Shown: piece by piece, positions 12,143-23,767 of the stretch
Position numbering within the stretch: position 1 is the stretch's first letter
Layout: each line of letters opens with the position of its first letter
DNA from: Callorhinchus milii
Taxonomy: Eukaryota
DNA length: 51,448 bases
Assembly: GCF_018977255.1 (NCBI RefSeq)
Contig: NW_024705367.1
Span: 1-51,448, forward strand
Direction of reading: 5' to 3'
Position numbers and translations under genes: made by a program
The notes under the pieces: model-generated
The model's database searches: none
Seen by the model: the letters and a program-made list of their open reading frames with translations, nothing else
What the model was told of the DNA's origin: nothing

Positions 12143-12681
12143 AAAAGCTATGGATCGAGTGAACAAATTATTCTATTTTTGAATGAATTATTATCCCCTG
12201 CAAAATGATCCCCCATTGACTAGTGGGTTCCTTCTGGCTGCTCTGTAAACAGATGCATTTGGAGTGCGGAAAATTGCCTCAAAATTCGCCCTGCTCGGCA
12301 TTCTAAATATAAAGTATAAAAATGTATCATAATGTATAATAATCCTAAACAAGTAAAAAGGTTTAGTTTAATTATAATAATCTAACGTAAAGTATAACAA
12401 TATACATTATAATACCACTACTCTTCGCTCGCAAATGTAGCTGTAACGAGCACAGTTAGTTGTGTAATAAGCTGCTGCTGTTAACGTGATATCCGGGTTG
12501 TGGACTGAATATCGCCAACAACCATTATTATAATCATTGTTATTGCTGTTGTATTGTTTACCACTGCGACACTCTCCCAATGTGATTGGCGCTCCGCACA
12601 TGTAAAATGTATTGCATCATCCTGGCTGACTGCAAGTCCAATAGGGAGCAGAATCTCAATATTTTGTGTGATGTTTTACAG

Positions 12682-13014
12682 AGGGTGCGAGGGTGAGGCT
12701 GGTGAACAGCGGCAGCCCGTGTGCCGGGAGAGTGGAGGTTTACTATGGAGGACAATGGTGCACAGTGTCTGGCGATGGCTTTGGTGCCTCTGGTTGGGAT
12801 ATGTTGAACGCGGCTGTGGTGTGTAAGGAGTTGGGCTGTGGAGCCGCGCTGTCAGCATCAGGAGACGCTCACTTTGGCGAAGGTTCGGGTCCCGTTGTGA
12901 CGCGGTATGATCGGTGCAGATGGATGGAGTCTGCTCTGAGGCGTTGTCCCTCATGGGGTTGGCGTCATTATAACTGGATTTCACACTCCCATGATGCCGG
13001 CGTCATCTGCTCAG
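12682..13014 (+). CDS. SRCR gene copy A, exon 3: single SRCR domain (DMBT1/CD163/WC1-like group B type, lacking C2 and C7)
   Basis: [22 protein letters not shown]...[11 protein letters not shown]...AHFGEGSGP...C..ESAL..C...DAGVICS; acceptor ttttacag| and donor TCAG|gtaaat; 333 nt, phase 1-1. Confidence 0.95.
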
Positions 13015-13249
13015 GTAAATAATTCATTTTCTGATCGTTTTTTATTTCTCATGTTTTCGGTAAACCACAACTTGAGAAAATAGTAAAATTTCCTGCGGTC
13101 AATATTATAGCTTATAATTAAATCTGGGAGGTGGCGTCCATGCACCTCGAGTCATTATTCGGCGTCAGAGTTATCGGTGTCATCTGTTCATGTAAATAGC
13201 CCTACCTCTGATTATCACCTTGTACTCGCAGGGGAGATTACGGGAGGTG

Positions 13250-14491
13250 GAGCGAAGGGTTGCGAGCACAAGTCCAATTAGCTCAGAGAGAGAGCACAGG
13301 CGTGTCTTGAACACAAGCGGTGGTGTGGTCAGAGGAGGTGTGAGCACAGGGTTGCTGGAGCAGTGTGGGTTGTAAGAATAGGGGAGGATATGCACAGCAG
13401 GGTGAGCCAAGTTGGTGTGACCACAGAGGGTTAACAATCTAGGAATGAGCGCAGAAGTTGAGTACAGGGGTGTGAGCTCAGGAATGTCAGCACACGATCG
13501 TGAGAATACGGTGGAAGAACTGGCGGCTCAGATCATGGTGGATGCTGAGAACAGGTGGTAAGCATATGGGCTGGGAGCACAGTGGCATGGAGAGAAGAGG
13601 TGGGTATTGTGAGCAGAAGTGGCGTGCAACAAGTGGGAGAATATGGGTCAAGTGCACGATACGAGGCTTTCTACAGGGTGGGGTGATGAGCACATCGGGT
13701 GAGCACGGTGAAGCTGAGCATAGGGGTAGCATAATGGTGGAGCACAGGGTGTTCAGCAAAATGGGTTGTGCACATGGGACTTATGCACATGAAAGGGTTG
13801 AGCATAGGCAGCGGTGAGCACAGGGACAGTAAGAATTGTGAGCGTCAGCAAAGGGGTGTGTGAACCCGGGGAGTGGGGGGCTGGGGCAAAGCAACCTATG
13901 GATGAGTATAGGGGAATGATCATAGGGGCGTAAAAGTATGGGGATGAGCACAGCAGGTTTGAGCAAACAGGCGCGAGCAGACGTTGGAGAGAATATTTTG
14001 GGTGAAAACAGTGGCGTTCAGAAAAGGGAGGTGAGGACAGAGATGAGGGCTCAACGTGGGAAAGCATATAAAACAACTCATTTGTTAATAATTGAGGACA
14101 TGGCGAGGGTTGAGGACAGAGTGGGAGCAGTAGGGAAGGTGAAAACCACGTTAGCGTAAGTACATGGGAAGCGTGAGAGCAGTGGGGGGGGGGGGGGGGG
14201 GGGGGGTGAGAGCAGGATGCTGCGCACAGGTCGGTGAGCCAGTTGATTGAGCAGAGAACAGGAGCACAAATTGCTGAGCAGAGAGAGACGACTTTAGTGG
14301 GAGCACAATGGGGGCTGCACAGGCTCAGAGGTTAGCAAAGGAATGTGAGCAATGTGTGTGCGCAAGGTGTGTTTAAATAGTGGTGGTGAACACAGGCGGC
14401 TGAGCATGGGAGAGTGACCACAGTGGGTGTTGGGCGCAAGATTGGGGTGAAGTCCAGCGAAGTTTAAGCACAGGGCGTAGGGCACAGAGGG
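13250..14491 (+). repeat. G-rich degenerate repeat with GAGCAC(A) motif downstream of the SRCR exon, copy A
   Basis: tgagcacagg/gagcat/gggtg motifs throughout. Confidence 0.85.
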
Positions 14492-14521
14492 NNNNNNNNN
14501 NNNNNNNNNNNNNNNNNNNNN
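14492..14521. other. Assembly gap (30 N)
   Basis: Run of N. Confidence 1.
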
Positions 14522-16186
14522 ATACCCCAAATCGGAGCAGTCTACTCAGATGGCTTCTGATCGGCTTTCAGCTGACCTCGTGCTAACTACGAAATACAAG
14601 GATAATATTATTGTAATGTATTTAAGATCACAGTATATTGTTATATGTTATGCTATTTTGTTATACTTAACGTTAAATAATACATTAAAAATATACATTG
14701 TATAATATTATTATACATAACACAACGATTGGAGATTCCCCCCAAAATAGGCCCAGATTCCGCCTAAAATTTGTTACAGGGTATATTACTACTTGTGTAT
14801 CGTACAAATTACAACATATGTATCTCACGAGAACCGAATGATTTTGTTGCGGAATATCGTGCAAACCTCATAATTTGGGACAGAGTTAACTGTCTATTTG
14901 ATAGATCAATGGTAGGAAATCCCCCAAAGTGTCCCTGTGCCATGCAAGACATTTCCTTTGAGATGTAAATCAGTTCTCTTCTTAAATCGGTTAATACGCA
15001 ATTGGCAGACACACAGATGCACGCACAGAGACAGATATTGTCGTTTTATTAGTGGATTTATAGATCAGGTGTGTGACAAAACAAGTTACATAATTCATAT
15101 GCAAACACAGAGAGATAGAAACTGAACAGTGCAATATGGTATGGGCTGCAGCCTCACAGCTCAGCTAGCATAATCACTCAGGCATAATCATTCCGGGGTG
15201 TGTGGGGTTTGGTTGGGGTATAAAATATCGGCATAACATACACGAGGACCACAGCATCATCGCACCCACCACCAAACTGAAATCGAGAGAAGTCCGAACA
15301 CCAGGGCACAGTCTCCCCGCCGACTCAGGGCACAAATCCTGCCTCAGGCACAAACTATCCCTCAGTGCAGAGCCCATCGCAGCGAGGCACAAGCCGTAGC
15401 CACTAAAGTACAGCACCACAAAGGTACAAACTATCTCAACCCACACCCCAGGCACAGCGCACCACAGGGCAAAGCCCCTCCCGCATGCAATCGCTTGGGG
15501 ATGGGCAGTGTCCAGGAGGGTCTGTGCCTCAGAACAGCACCACCACAGGCACGGCTATTTACCTATTGCCCAGCCACATCGTCCACAGGGCACAGCACCC
15601 AGGCACATCCTTACCCAGGAACACACAACCCCAGGCACAGACCCCGCAACAGGCCAAAGAATCACGCAAGTGCACAGCCCAAATAAATTGCACAGCGCCT
15701 CCTCAGGGCAAAGAACCTCCTCGATTTAAATCATTCCAAGGCGCAGCTTATTCAGCCAGTGCTCAGGCAACACGCCGAGCAACCCGGCGGCACATCCTCT
15801 AACCCCAGGACACATCAATGGAATGCACCGCACCAAGCAAAGCCTCCCCCAGACACATCATACCGAGTGATCAAACCCCACAGCCCACAGTGTACCTTCA
15901 ACCAGGCCCAGCTCCACCAAGGCACAGCCGATCGACAGGTACAGCATCTCCCAGGGGCACAGACACTCCAGGGCACTACCGGACGCTCCGCACCCACCCG
16001 TTCCGGTTACAGCCACTTTCCCTTGCACACGCCCTTGAGGCACAGCCGCTTCCGCGAGGGCAAGCCATTAACACAGTGAACATTCTTCGCCCCAGTGCAC
16101 GGCTTCTCTCCCAGGTCACAGCCGACGACCAAAGCAATGAAACACTCAAGGCAGAGCTGCATTAATTAGTAATGTTCGGGCATCCT

Positions 16187-16532
16187 GGAATCCTTCGTGG
16201 AATATTGGTGGAGTCCTGTAGCTCATGATTAGAGCACTTGCTTTGCAAGCGAGAGACCTGAGTTCAATTCCAGGCAGGGCGAAACCTTGGGCAAGTTTCC
16301 CTACTCCACACAGAGCCTAATAATAATTCCTCCAAACACTAAAAACAATAACTAAATTGGTAAATTTCAATCTACGACTGTTTGTGAGACATTGCTGTGT
16401 GCAATTGGCTGCCGCGTTCGCCCACAAATATGCAGTGAATTCACTTTACAGCGTGTTCTGTGAAGCGCTTTGGGACGTCCTCCAGACGTGAAAAGCGCTA
16501 TATCAAATGCAAGGATTATTATTATTATTATT
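16187..16532 (+). mobile_element. Full-length SINE in intron 2, specific to copy B
   Basis: tRNA-like head gtagctcatgattagagcacttgctttgcaagcgagagacctgagttcaattcc, L2-type tail, (TAT)n; atcct duplicated at 16182-16186 and 16533-16537; empty site in A (~10430) and C. Confidence 0.92.
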
Positions 16533-16702
16533 ATCCTTGTGGCCTCTCCAAACAAGCCCACCAAGTGACCCGCTGCGTTTCCCCCGGATTGTGTGATGGC
16601 TTCTACTCCTCATTCCCAGATGGAAGTGAAGAGAAGCCCAGTCTCAATCTCAGCCACTAATGTTACCTCAGCAGCTTCGGGCTGTGACATTGTGTTACTA
16701 AC

Positions 16703-16738
16703 CTGCATATTCCAACATCTTTCTCTCCAGAAATATCA
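16703..16738 (-). CDS. SRCR gene copy B, exon 2 ((V)IFLERKMLEYA)
   Basis: Intact splice sites; one S>Y change versus A and C. Confidence 0.7.
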
Positions 16739-18149
16739 CTGCAGAAGGAAAAAAATAGATCAAATCAGGAGTTATCAATGCAATAATTCTCACAATCATG
16801 TATCTGATCTTCCCAGTTTCACACATCGTAAACGGTCGGTCCTCATCTACAGGGCAGCAATTTAATGCCATCGCCGAAAAAGCTTCCAATGGGGAAGAAC
16901 GACCAATATAGATACGACAGGGAGGTAAAGAATGCATGGAATGGGGTGAGAATAGAGAGCTCGAGTGGGTGAGCGAGCACCAGCACAAATACGATGGGAT
17001 GCGGAGTCAATCGGACTGAACCAAGAATTCTGTCATTGACTAAGAAACACAGCATTTGGCTGAACGTCAGTTCCTGTGCAAAAATCGGTTGTGTTTCAGT
17101 TTCGAGCCGTGGAGAAGATGGCTTTTGGTGACAGTACGGAAACAGAGGAATTCATCTCAAATCCCGTTAATAGTTAGAGCACACTGTGTTTCCCCTTCGG
17201 TAAGGAGTTTGCTCACCCTTTGCTTTTTTTCCTGGTTTCTCCTATGACGTTCCCCATCAACAACAATGTGCATTTGGACAATTTGCATTTATGTAGGCAT
17301 ACAGCTTCATGCGAGGAGGCGACGAAGAGAAATTTATTGTTGCAAAGACCTCGATACCCATTCAAACTTCTCTGTACCGGTGGCAACATCAGGAATTTCT
17401 CATTCCCTCCCTCCTTCTCTCCCTCCGTCCCTTATTCCCTATCTCACTGAATCGTCACTGCCTCTCCGCCTCCCTTTACTCTAACCCTCCCACTCCGTCT
17501 CCCCTCCCCAAACTCTGCCACTTTCCCTCCCTTTCCGACTCCCTGCACCTCTCTCTCTCTCTCTCCCTCTCATGTTGCCCTCCCTCTCTTCCTCCTGCTC
17601 CCTTTCCTGCTAGCCCTCATTCCACCACTCCATAATTTTCTTCCTCCACCTCACTCTGACCACAACCTTTCCCTCTCATATGCTTTCCACCTCTCGCTCC
17701 CTTCGCTCCACCCAATCGCCCTAAGACTCCATCTACCCCTCTCACTCACCCACACTTTACCCACTCTGCCACTCATCCTCTCCACCTTCGCTCTTCCCGC
17801 TGTGTTTCACCTCGCTCTTTCGCTCCCGCACTCCCTCCTCTCTCAATTCCCCCGTTAATCATCTCACTCCCATCTGCCCTTACTCACACTGTTCTACACT
17901 CTCCCTCTTCTCTATGTGCTCTCACTCTCGCCTCTATCCTTCCCTGGTCCCTCCTCTTCTATCGCTCGCCTCTCTACCCTTGCTTCCCTTTCAACCCTCT
18001 TTCTTCATTCCACTGCTCAATCAACAAAAAAGCAATACATATGTATGTAGCATTGCATGTCGGATGTACTTAACTATTCGCTGCATAGACAGATCTTGGG
18101 ATCAGTATCAAGGAGACTGGAGTGCAGTGGAAGGAGGGAAATCGAAATC

Positions 18150-19305
18150 TCGATTAAAGTGGAGGTTTCGAAAAGGGTCTTGAAGGAGGTAAGCAAGCAC
18201 GAGGCGGGGGTTGGTTGTGGTGGGTGCTGCTGTAGGATGGAATTCCAAAGGGTGGCGGTAAAGCGGCTGAAGGCCTAAATGCCAAAGGTCGATGGTGGTG
18301 GAGCAGGCCGTAGCTCGCTGAGCGAAAGGAGCGGACAGGCTTGTAGAAGCTCAGAAGTTTGCAGATGTACGGGTCAGCGACGTTATGGAGGATTTTGAAG
18401 GTGAAGGCAACACAATAACAAACAAAGCAACAAAAGCTTGGATTTATATAGAGCCCTACACACCCAATGGCGTCTCAGAACGCTTTACAGTAACGGATTC
18501 CGGGTCGCGCCAGGGGGAGGGGAGGGAATGTGTCCAAAGGCGCGATCGAAAAAAAAGGTCTTCAGCAGAGACCTGAGAAATGTAAGGGAGTGAGCGAGCC
18601 GAAGGGAGTGAGGAAGGCAGTTCCGGAGCCTCGGCGCATAGTGGCTCAAGGCACTGCCACCGAGAGTGAAGAGGACTCGGGGGACGAGGAAGAGGTCAGA
18701 CCCGGAACAACGACGGCAACGATTACTGTTTTGAAGAGAGAGGAGGTCAGAGAGGTCGTGGAGTGCAGAGGAGTGCAGGGACTTTAAAACAAGGGTGAGG
18801 ATCTTCAACTCGATCCTCTCTGGGATAGGGAGCCAATGCTGTCTGGCCAGGACTGGGGTGATCGGGGAGCGGAGTTTGGTTCGGTTGAGAATGCGGGCGG
18901 CAGAGTTTTGAATGATATGGATTTTATGGATAGTAGTGGATGGGAGACCGCCGGGGAGGGCGTCAGAGTAGTCCAGCCGAGTGTTGACAAAGGCATGGAA
19001 TAGGGTTTCAGCGGCTTTAGGGTAGAGATATTGGTGGAAGACCGGAAGACCAGTATCTTGAACTGTATCCAATGGAGTTGGTGAGGATGGGGTGATAGGG
19101 TCACGGAGCTTGATGTAGGAGAGGACACGAACTGCAGAGATCAGGAGGATCTGCAGCCTTTGGATGGAGGATTTGGGAGGCCGACAAGCAGGGACTTTCC
19201 GTAGTCACGCCTGGATGTACGAGGGTGCTGGCGGCCTGCCGTGTGAGACTGTGATGCAGACGAGCGATGCTGCGTAGATGGGGTAAAGCAGAATGGGTCG
19301 TGGCA
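18150..19305 (-). mobile_element. Nested L2 fragments, copy B
   Basis: ORF 18485-19072 has the same L2 translation; reverse complement of copy A. Confidence 0.85.
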
Positions 19306-19402
19306 TGGATTTGGAGTAGGAAGGATCAAGCAAATCGCCTCTCACTCCTCTCCTTTCCGTCTCTCTGACTGGGCTTGAGATTGAGTTAGAACCGACACTC
19401 AC

Positions 19403-19427
19403 CAAAGATGAGGAACAACGTCTCCAT
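19403..19427 (-). CDS. SRCR gene copy B, coding exon 1 (METLFLIF)
   Basis: Reverse complement of exon 1 with intact ATG and gtgagt donor. Confidence 0.7.
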
Positions 19428-20234
19428 GACGGGGATGAGGAGGAGCTCGGGCCAAGAGACGAACCTGGAAGCTGAGGAGCAGCTTTTTTCACGTTCACTG
19501 AGCTCTGTGATCCCAAATCATTCAAATTTCTGTTACACACACAGCCTGAGGTGTGAAACACACACAAACACACTCACACACACACAGACGAACACCAGCG
19601 ATCGATACTGAGTGATGTTCTTAGCTAGGAAGCAGAAATTCAGACTTTCTTTCTCTCTTTCTCTCTCTCTCTTTCTCGCTCTCTATCATACACACACCGC
19701 AGTAGTTTATTGTTTCTGCGACGAGGAGAGCCCTGACAGGAAGATGTGGGCTGCCGTGGACACACAGCGTGACGAATGTTGTGCAAAGGAGAAGTGAGCT
19801 CCAACTGGTGTCACATTGTACCATTCCTCAGATTAATATTAATCATTAATTTTACGCCTGTTCTTGGGACATTGCTGTCATCAAATTCTGTGTGTGTGTA
19901 TCCGTCCACAAACATAGTGTCACTGCATTCTACATTTATTCCTGTGAAACTCTATGAAATATTTGGATGGAGCAATACGAGGAGTCATTTGTAAGAAAAT
20001 ATAGAGTGGAGATAGCACAGATTTCCGATCTCAGTTCGGCTTCACCATCTGATCTCCTCCTTCCTCTTTTCAGTTACTTACACTTTATCTCTCCGTAGTT
20101 ACTTCCTCCATTGCTTCCTTTCATTAGTTCGGGGACGTCCTCCTGACGTGAAAAACAATTTGCAGCTGCACTTTTGTGGTAGTTTTCAAAGACACAAAAC
20201 AACAATTGAGAGGCAGCAGGATAAATTAGAATAG

Positions 20235-20985
20235 ACGTCCCAAAGCGCTTCACAGAACACACTGTAAAGTGAATTGACTGTATATTTGTGGCCGAACACG
20301 GCAGCCAATTGCCCACAGCAATGTCCCACAAACAGTCGTGGATTGAAAATGACCAATTTTTTATTGTTTTTGGTTTTGGGGTAAGGGAGTGTGCCACACC
20401 CTCCCCGCAGAGCACAGCCCCCACCCAGAAGGCACAGCACCTCCTCCAGTCCACACACACCCCTCCACCCGCCCCCTCACACCTCGCCCGACCCCATCAC
20501 ATATCAACCGCTCCAAGGCACAGCCCTACAAAGGCACAGATCACCCCAGACACAGCCTCCGCACACCCCAAGGCACAAAAAAGGGCAAAGACAAGCACAC
20601 GCATCCCTGACCCCCACCCCCCCCCCAACAAGGCACAGCTCAATACAGGCCACAGCCCCATTCCCCAATGCCCTGCCCCCTCCTCCCCAGGGTACAACCG
20701 AACTCAAACACAGACAACTCCAGGCACAGACCCCTCCCGCAGCCACAAACCCTCCCCCAGGTCACAGACTACCTCCCCAACACTGTACAGCAGCCCCCCA
20801 TGGGGCACAGGCCGCAAACTCCAGGCACAGCCACCACAGATATAACACACCCAGGGCGCAGGCCCCCCGCACACCCAGCTTCACCCAGGCATAGACTGTC
20901 CCAGGCACAGCCCCTCCCCAACCTCATTTAAACTGGGGTGTCTCGCTTGCAAAGCGAGTGCTCTAACCACTGAGCTACAGGACTC
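20235..20985 (-). mobile_element. Same split SINE, copy B (shares the 3' deletion with A)
   Basis: Reverse complement of 5932-6690. Confidence 0.85.
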
Positions 20986-22101
20986 TACTTTTGTGCTTTA
21001 TCTGTCCAGGCCTTTGTGTTGCTTTGAGAAATAGAGAATTAACTTGAGAGCTCCCCAGCCCTGCTGTCTTGTCGGCTTTTGAGAACATTACAATCAGATA
21101 GGGAAGCCAGTCTCGAGCCTGCAGTACCTCGACTGACAACATGGGGAGTAGATAATTCTGTATTTAAAGCTGTAACTCAGCTGTCAACTTGCAAGAGAGC
21201 AAACTGGCAGATATTATTTGTGCAAATTATTACAGTTCATGTGAAATCTGATGGTAAGATTATGCCCATTCAGTCCGGGAGCATTAATATTTTAAAACTG
21301 ATCAGGACATTCTCTGAGAAACGCTCTCCACTCTGGAAATGTCTAAATGTCAATTGCGCTGCATCTCCACAAGTGAGAACCAGAAGGTCTCAGGAATCTC
21401 AGTGATTTCAGTCACTCTTAAAATTGTCCTTTGGGCCGTCACTGCAGCTCGCTTTCCCTGATTGGAGACTCATGGTTTGATCGGGAAGGAGCAGCCTGGC
21501 GTCTGTTCTGTTAGCAATGTGTTGACAGATTTTGACACTGTACAAGATCACAGAAAGTTGTAAGTTTCAGAAAGAAACAATTGCATCCCCTCCCGTAAGG
21601 CCTTGGAACAGGTGCATTTTGAAACCCTCATAATGGAAATGTAAGGGATGGGATAATATGGTCACATTTTCGATTTGATTCGGAATGTTTAATCGAAACC
21701 AGAGAGAGCTGCTGGTTTGTTGAGGGGTATGATTGCCTCTTCCTGTTCCAAAGACAAGGGCAAATATGAAGATCACTGGATGAATTACCGGACTTACCTT
21801 CCTTGTGTTTTATCCTGGCCAACAATTCCAAATAAAATTGTTCATTCTCTCCTTGGCTGTTTGCAGTACGTTACGATGCCAAACTCGGCTTCCCTGCTCA
21901 ATCACAAAATACACAGTCACTTCATTTTACAGTATATCGTGTGACAAAACGTGTGACATCCTCGCGACATGAAAGGCTCTGTGCGAAAGGCAAATATTAT
22001 TATTCTCCTCCTTGGACTCGTGGAAATTTTACTGGCTCCAAAATTATGTTCTGCTCACAGTGTTCTCCTCCTCCCTCTCCACACAAGGCCTGTCTCTGAA
22101 C

Positions 22102-22149
<48 letters not shown>

Positions 22150-23059
22150 TCAGATTCTCTTTCAGAAACTATCACTGTGTGCTTGTGTGTGAGTGTATGG
22201 ACGTGTGCCTGTGTGAGTGTGTGTTTGTGTGTATGAGTGTGTGTGTGGGCGTCTGTCTGTGTTTTTGTGTGTGTGTGTTTGACTATGTGTGTGCGTCAGG
22301 GTGTGTTTGTGTCTCTATGTATGTGTGTGTGTCTGTCTGTGTGTCTCTGTGTGTGTGCGTGCGTCTCTGTGTGTGCATGTTTGTCTGTGTGTATGTCTGT
22401 GGGCGTATGTGTGTGTGTGTGTCTGCTTGTTTATGTCCGTGTGTATGCGTGACTGTGTGTTTTTCAATCTATGTGTGTGCGCGTATGTCCCTGTGTGTGT
22501 CTGTGTGTGGGTCTGAGTATGTGTGTATCTCTATGTGGGCGTTCTGTGTGTCTGTGTCTGTGTGTGTGTATGTGTGTGTCTCTATGTGTGTGGGGGAGGG
22601 GGCGCGAGTAGTGTCATTGTGTGTCTGTCTTTTTGTAGGTTTCAGTGAACACATATCAAGTTCTGTCTGTCAGGATAAAATCGTAAGGAAAACAACACTG
22701 CCGAACTGATACAAAAGATAAAGTTCCTTTGTTCCGACTGACATGTAAATTTTTACAGCGCCTTCCACGCTGGACGTCCCAAGAAAGGAGCAGTTTATAA
22801 TATGAATAATAATCCTTGCAATGCTACAGCGCCTGACCACCTCATCGAGACGTCTGAAAGCGCTTAACAGGACACACTGCAAGGTGAAGTGGCTATCGTG
22901 AGTTGAATCGACCGAATTTTTATGATTTTTTCAAACAATTGAAGGGATTACAAGCCCCGGAAAAGCCATACCAATGAAACACCAGTCGGGTTCCCAATGA
23001 CAGCTGGTAAACACAGGCTGGGGGAAAAGAGGAGAGAAAGGCAGGACTGGGAGGGCAGC

Positions 23060-23650
23060 AGATTGACAGCCAGGTTGACCAATACGGAGCTGCGGAATGT
23101 TGAAAGGAACCAATAGTCAGCGAGTGGGCGGGGAGAGAGTGACGGTCAGGGAGAGTGCGCAAGGCACACAGGACGGGAGATGATTGACGTGTTGACAGAC
23201 CTAACAGAGTACGTAGTCTGATTGAAAACGCAACTGACCAATGGTAAGCTACGGCATGATGGGCGGGTGTTTGAATGGGCCAATGGGAAGCGAGTGTGCG
23301 GCGAAATAGTGGCATCTGGTGATATCGCGGGGCAGGATGGAGCGGAAATGATTAACGTGGATTTGGACCTATCAGAGCGCGACTATCGGTTCACGTGTGA
23401 ACAGACCATTGGGAAGCTCTGGCTGAGGGGGCGGCTGTTTGAATGGGCCAATGGGGAGTGGGTGGGCGGTGACCTAGTGACGGTTAACCAGGGAGCGGAA
23501 GGTGGAGCGGTTTAGAGATGATTGACGTAGGCACAGACCTATCAGAGCGCGGCATCTGCTTGACAACTAGACAGACGAATGGGAAGTTCAGGCAGAGGGG
23601 GCGAGTGTTCGTAACGGACCAACGGGGAGAGAGTGGGCGGAGACAACGTC
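23060..23650. promoter_or_regulatory. ~170-bp promoter-like repeat, copy B (3 units + partial)
   Basis: Reverse complement of the copy C array. Confidence 0.62.
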
Positions 23651-23767
23651 AGGATTGAAGGAGGAGAAGATCAAACATGGCCGAGGATCGACCGGACAGA
23701 GAGCGACCTGAGCTGCTGGACGATTGGGGCTGACAGAGGGTCAGGTCAGTGGGAGAGAATAAGCGGC

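Larger units (their letters stand above)
1..14491 (+). repeat. Segmental duplication unit, copy A (leader exons plus intact SRCR exon)
   Basis: Colinear with 28298-~42160 and reverse-complementary to 14592-25980 and ~48220-51448; the same ORF translations recur in the track (e.g. MGGDNVRIEG..., ...HAFVNTRLDYSD..., [12 protein letters not shown]...). Confidence 0.95.

Noticed and set aside
12682..13014. Assigning the symbol DMBT1, CD163, WC1 or SSC4D/SSC5D
   Set aside because: Only generic SRCR similarity; single domain with atypical Cys pattern and no CUB, ZP or TM exons seen
12600..13700. RAG recombination signal sequences around the SRCR exon (CACAGTG at 12761 and ~13578)
   Set aside because: No ACAAAAACC-like nonamer at 12 or 23 nt; the exon ends in a normal splice donor
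14184..14206. Long G homopolymer as a functional G-quadruplex
   Set aside because: Length differs in D and it is absent in C; likely unstable tract or sequencing noise near a contig end
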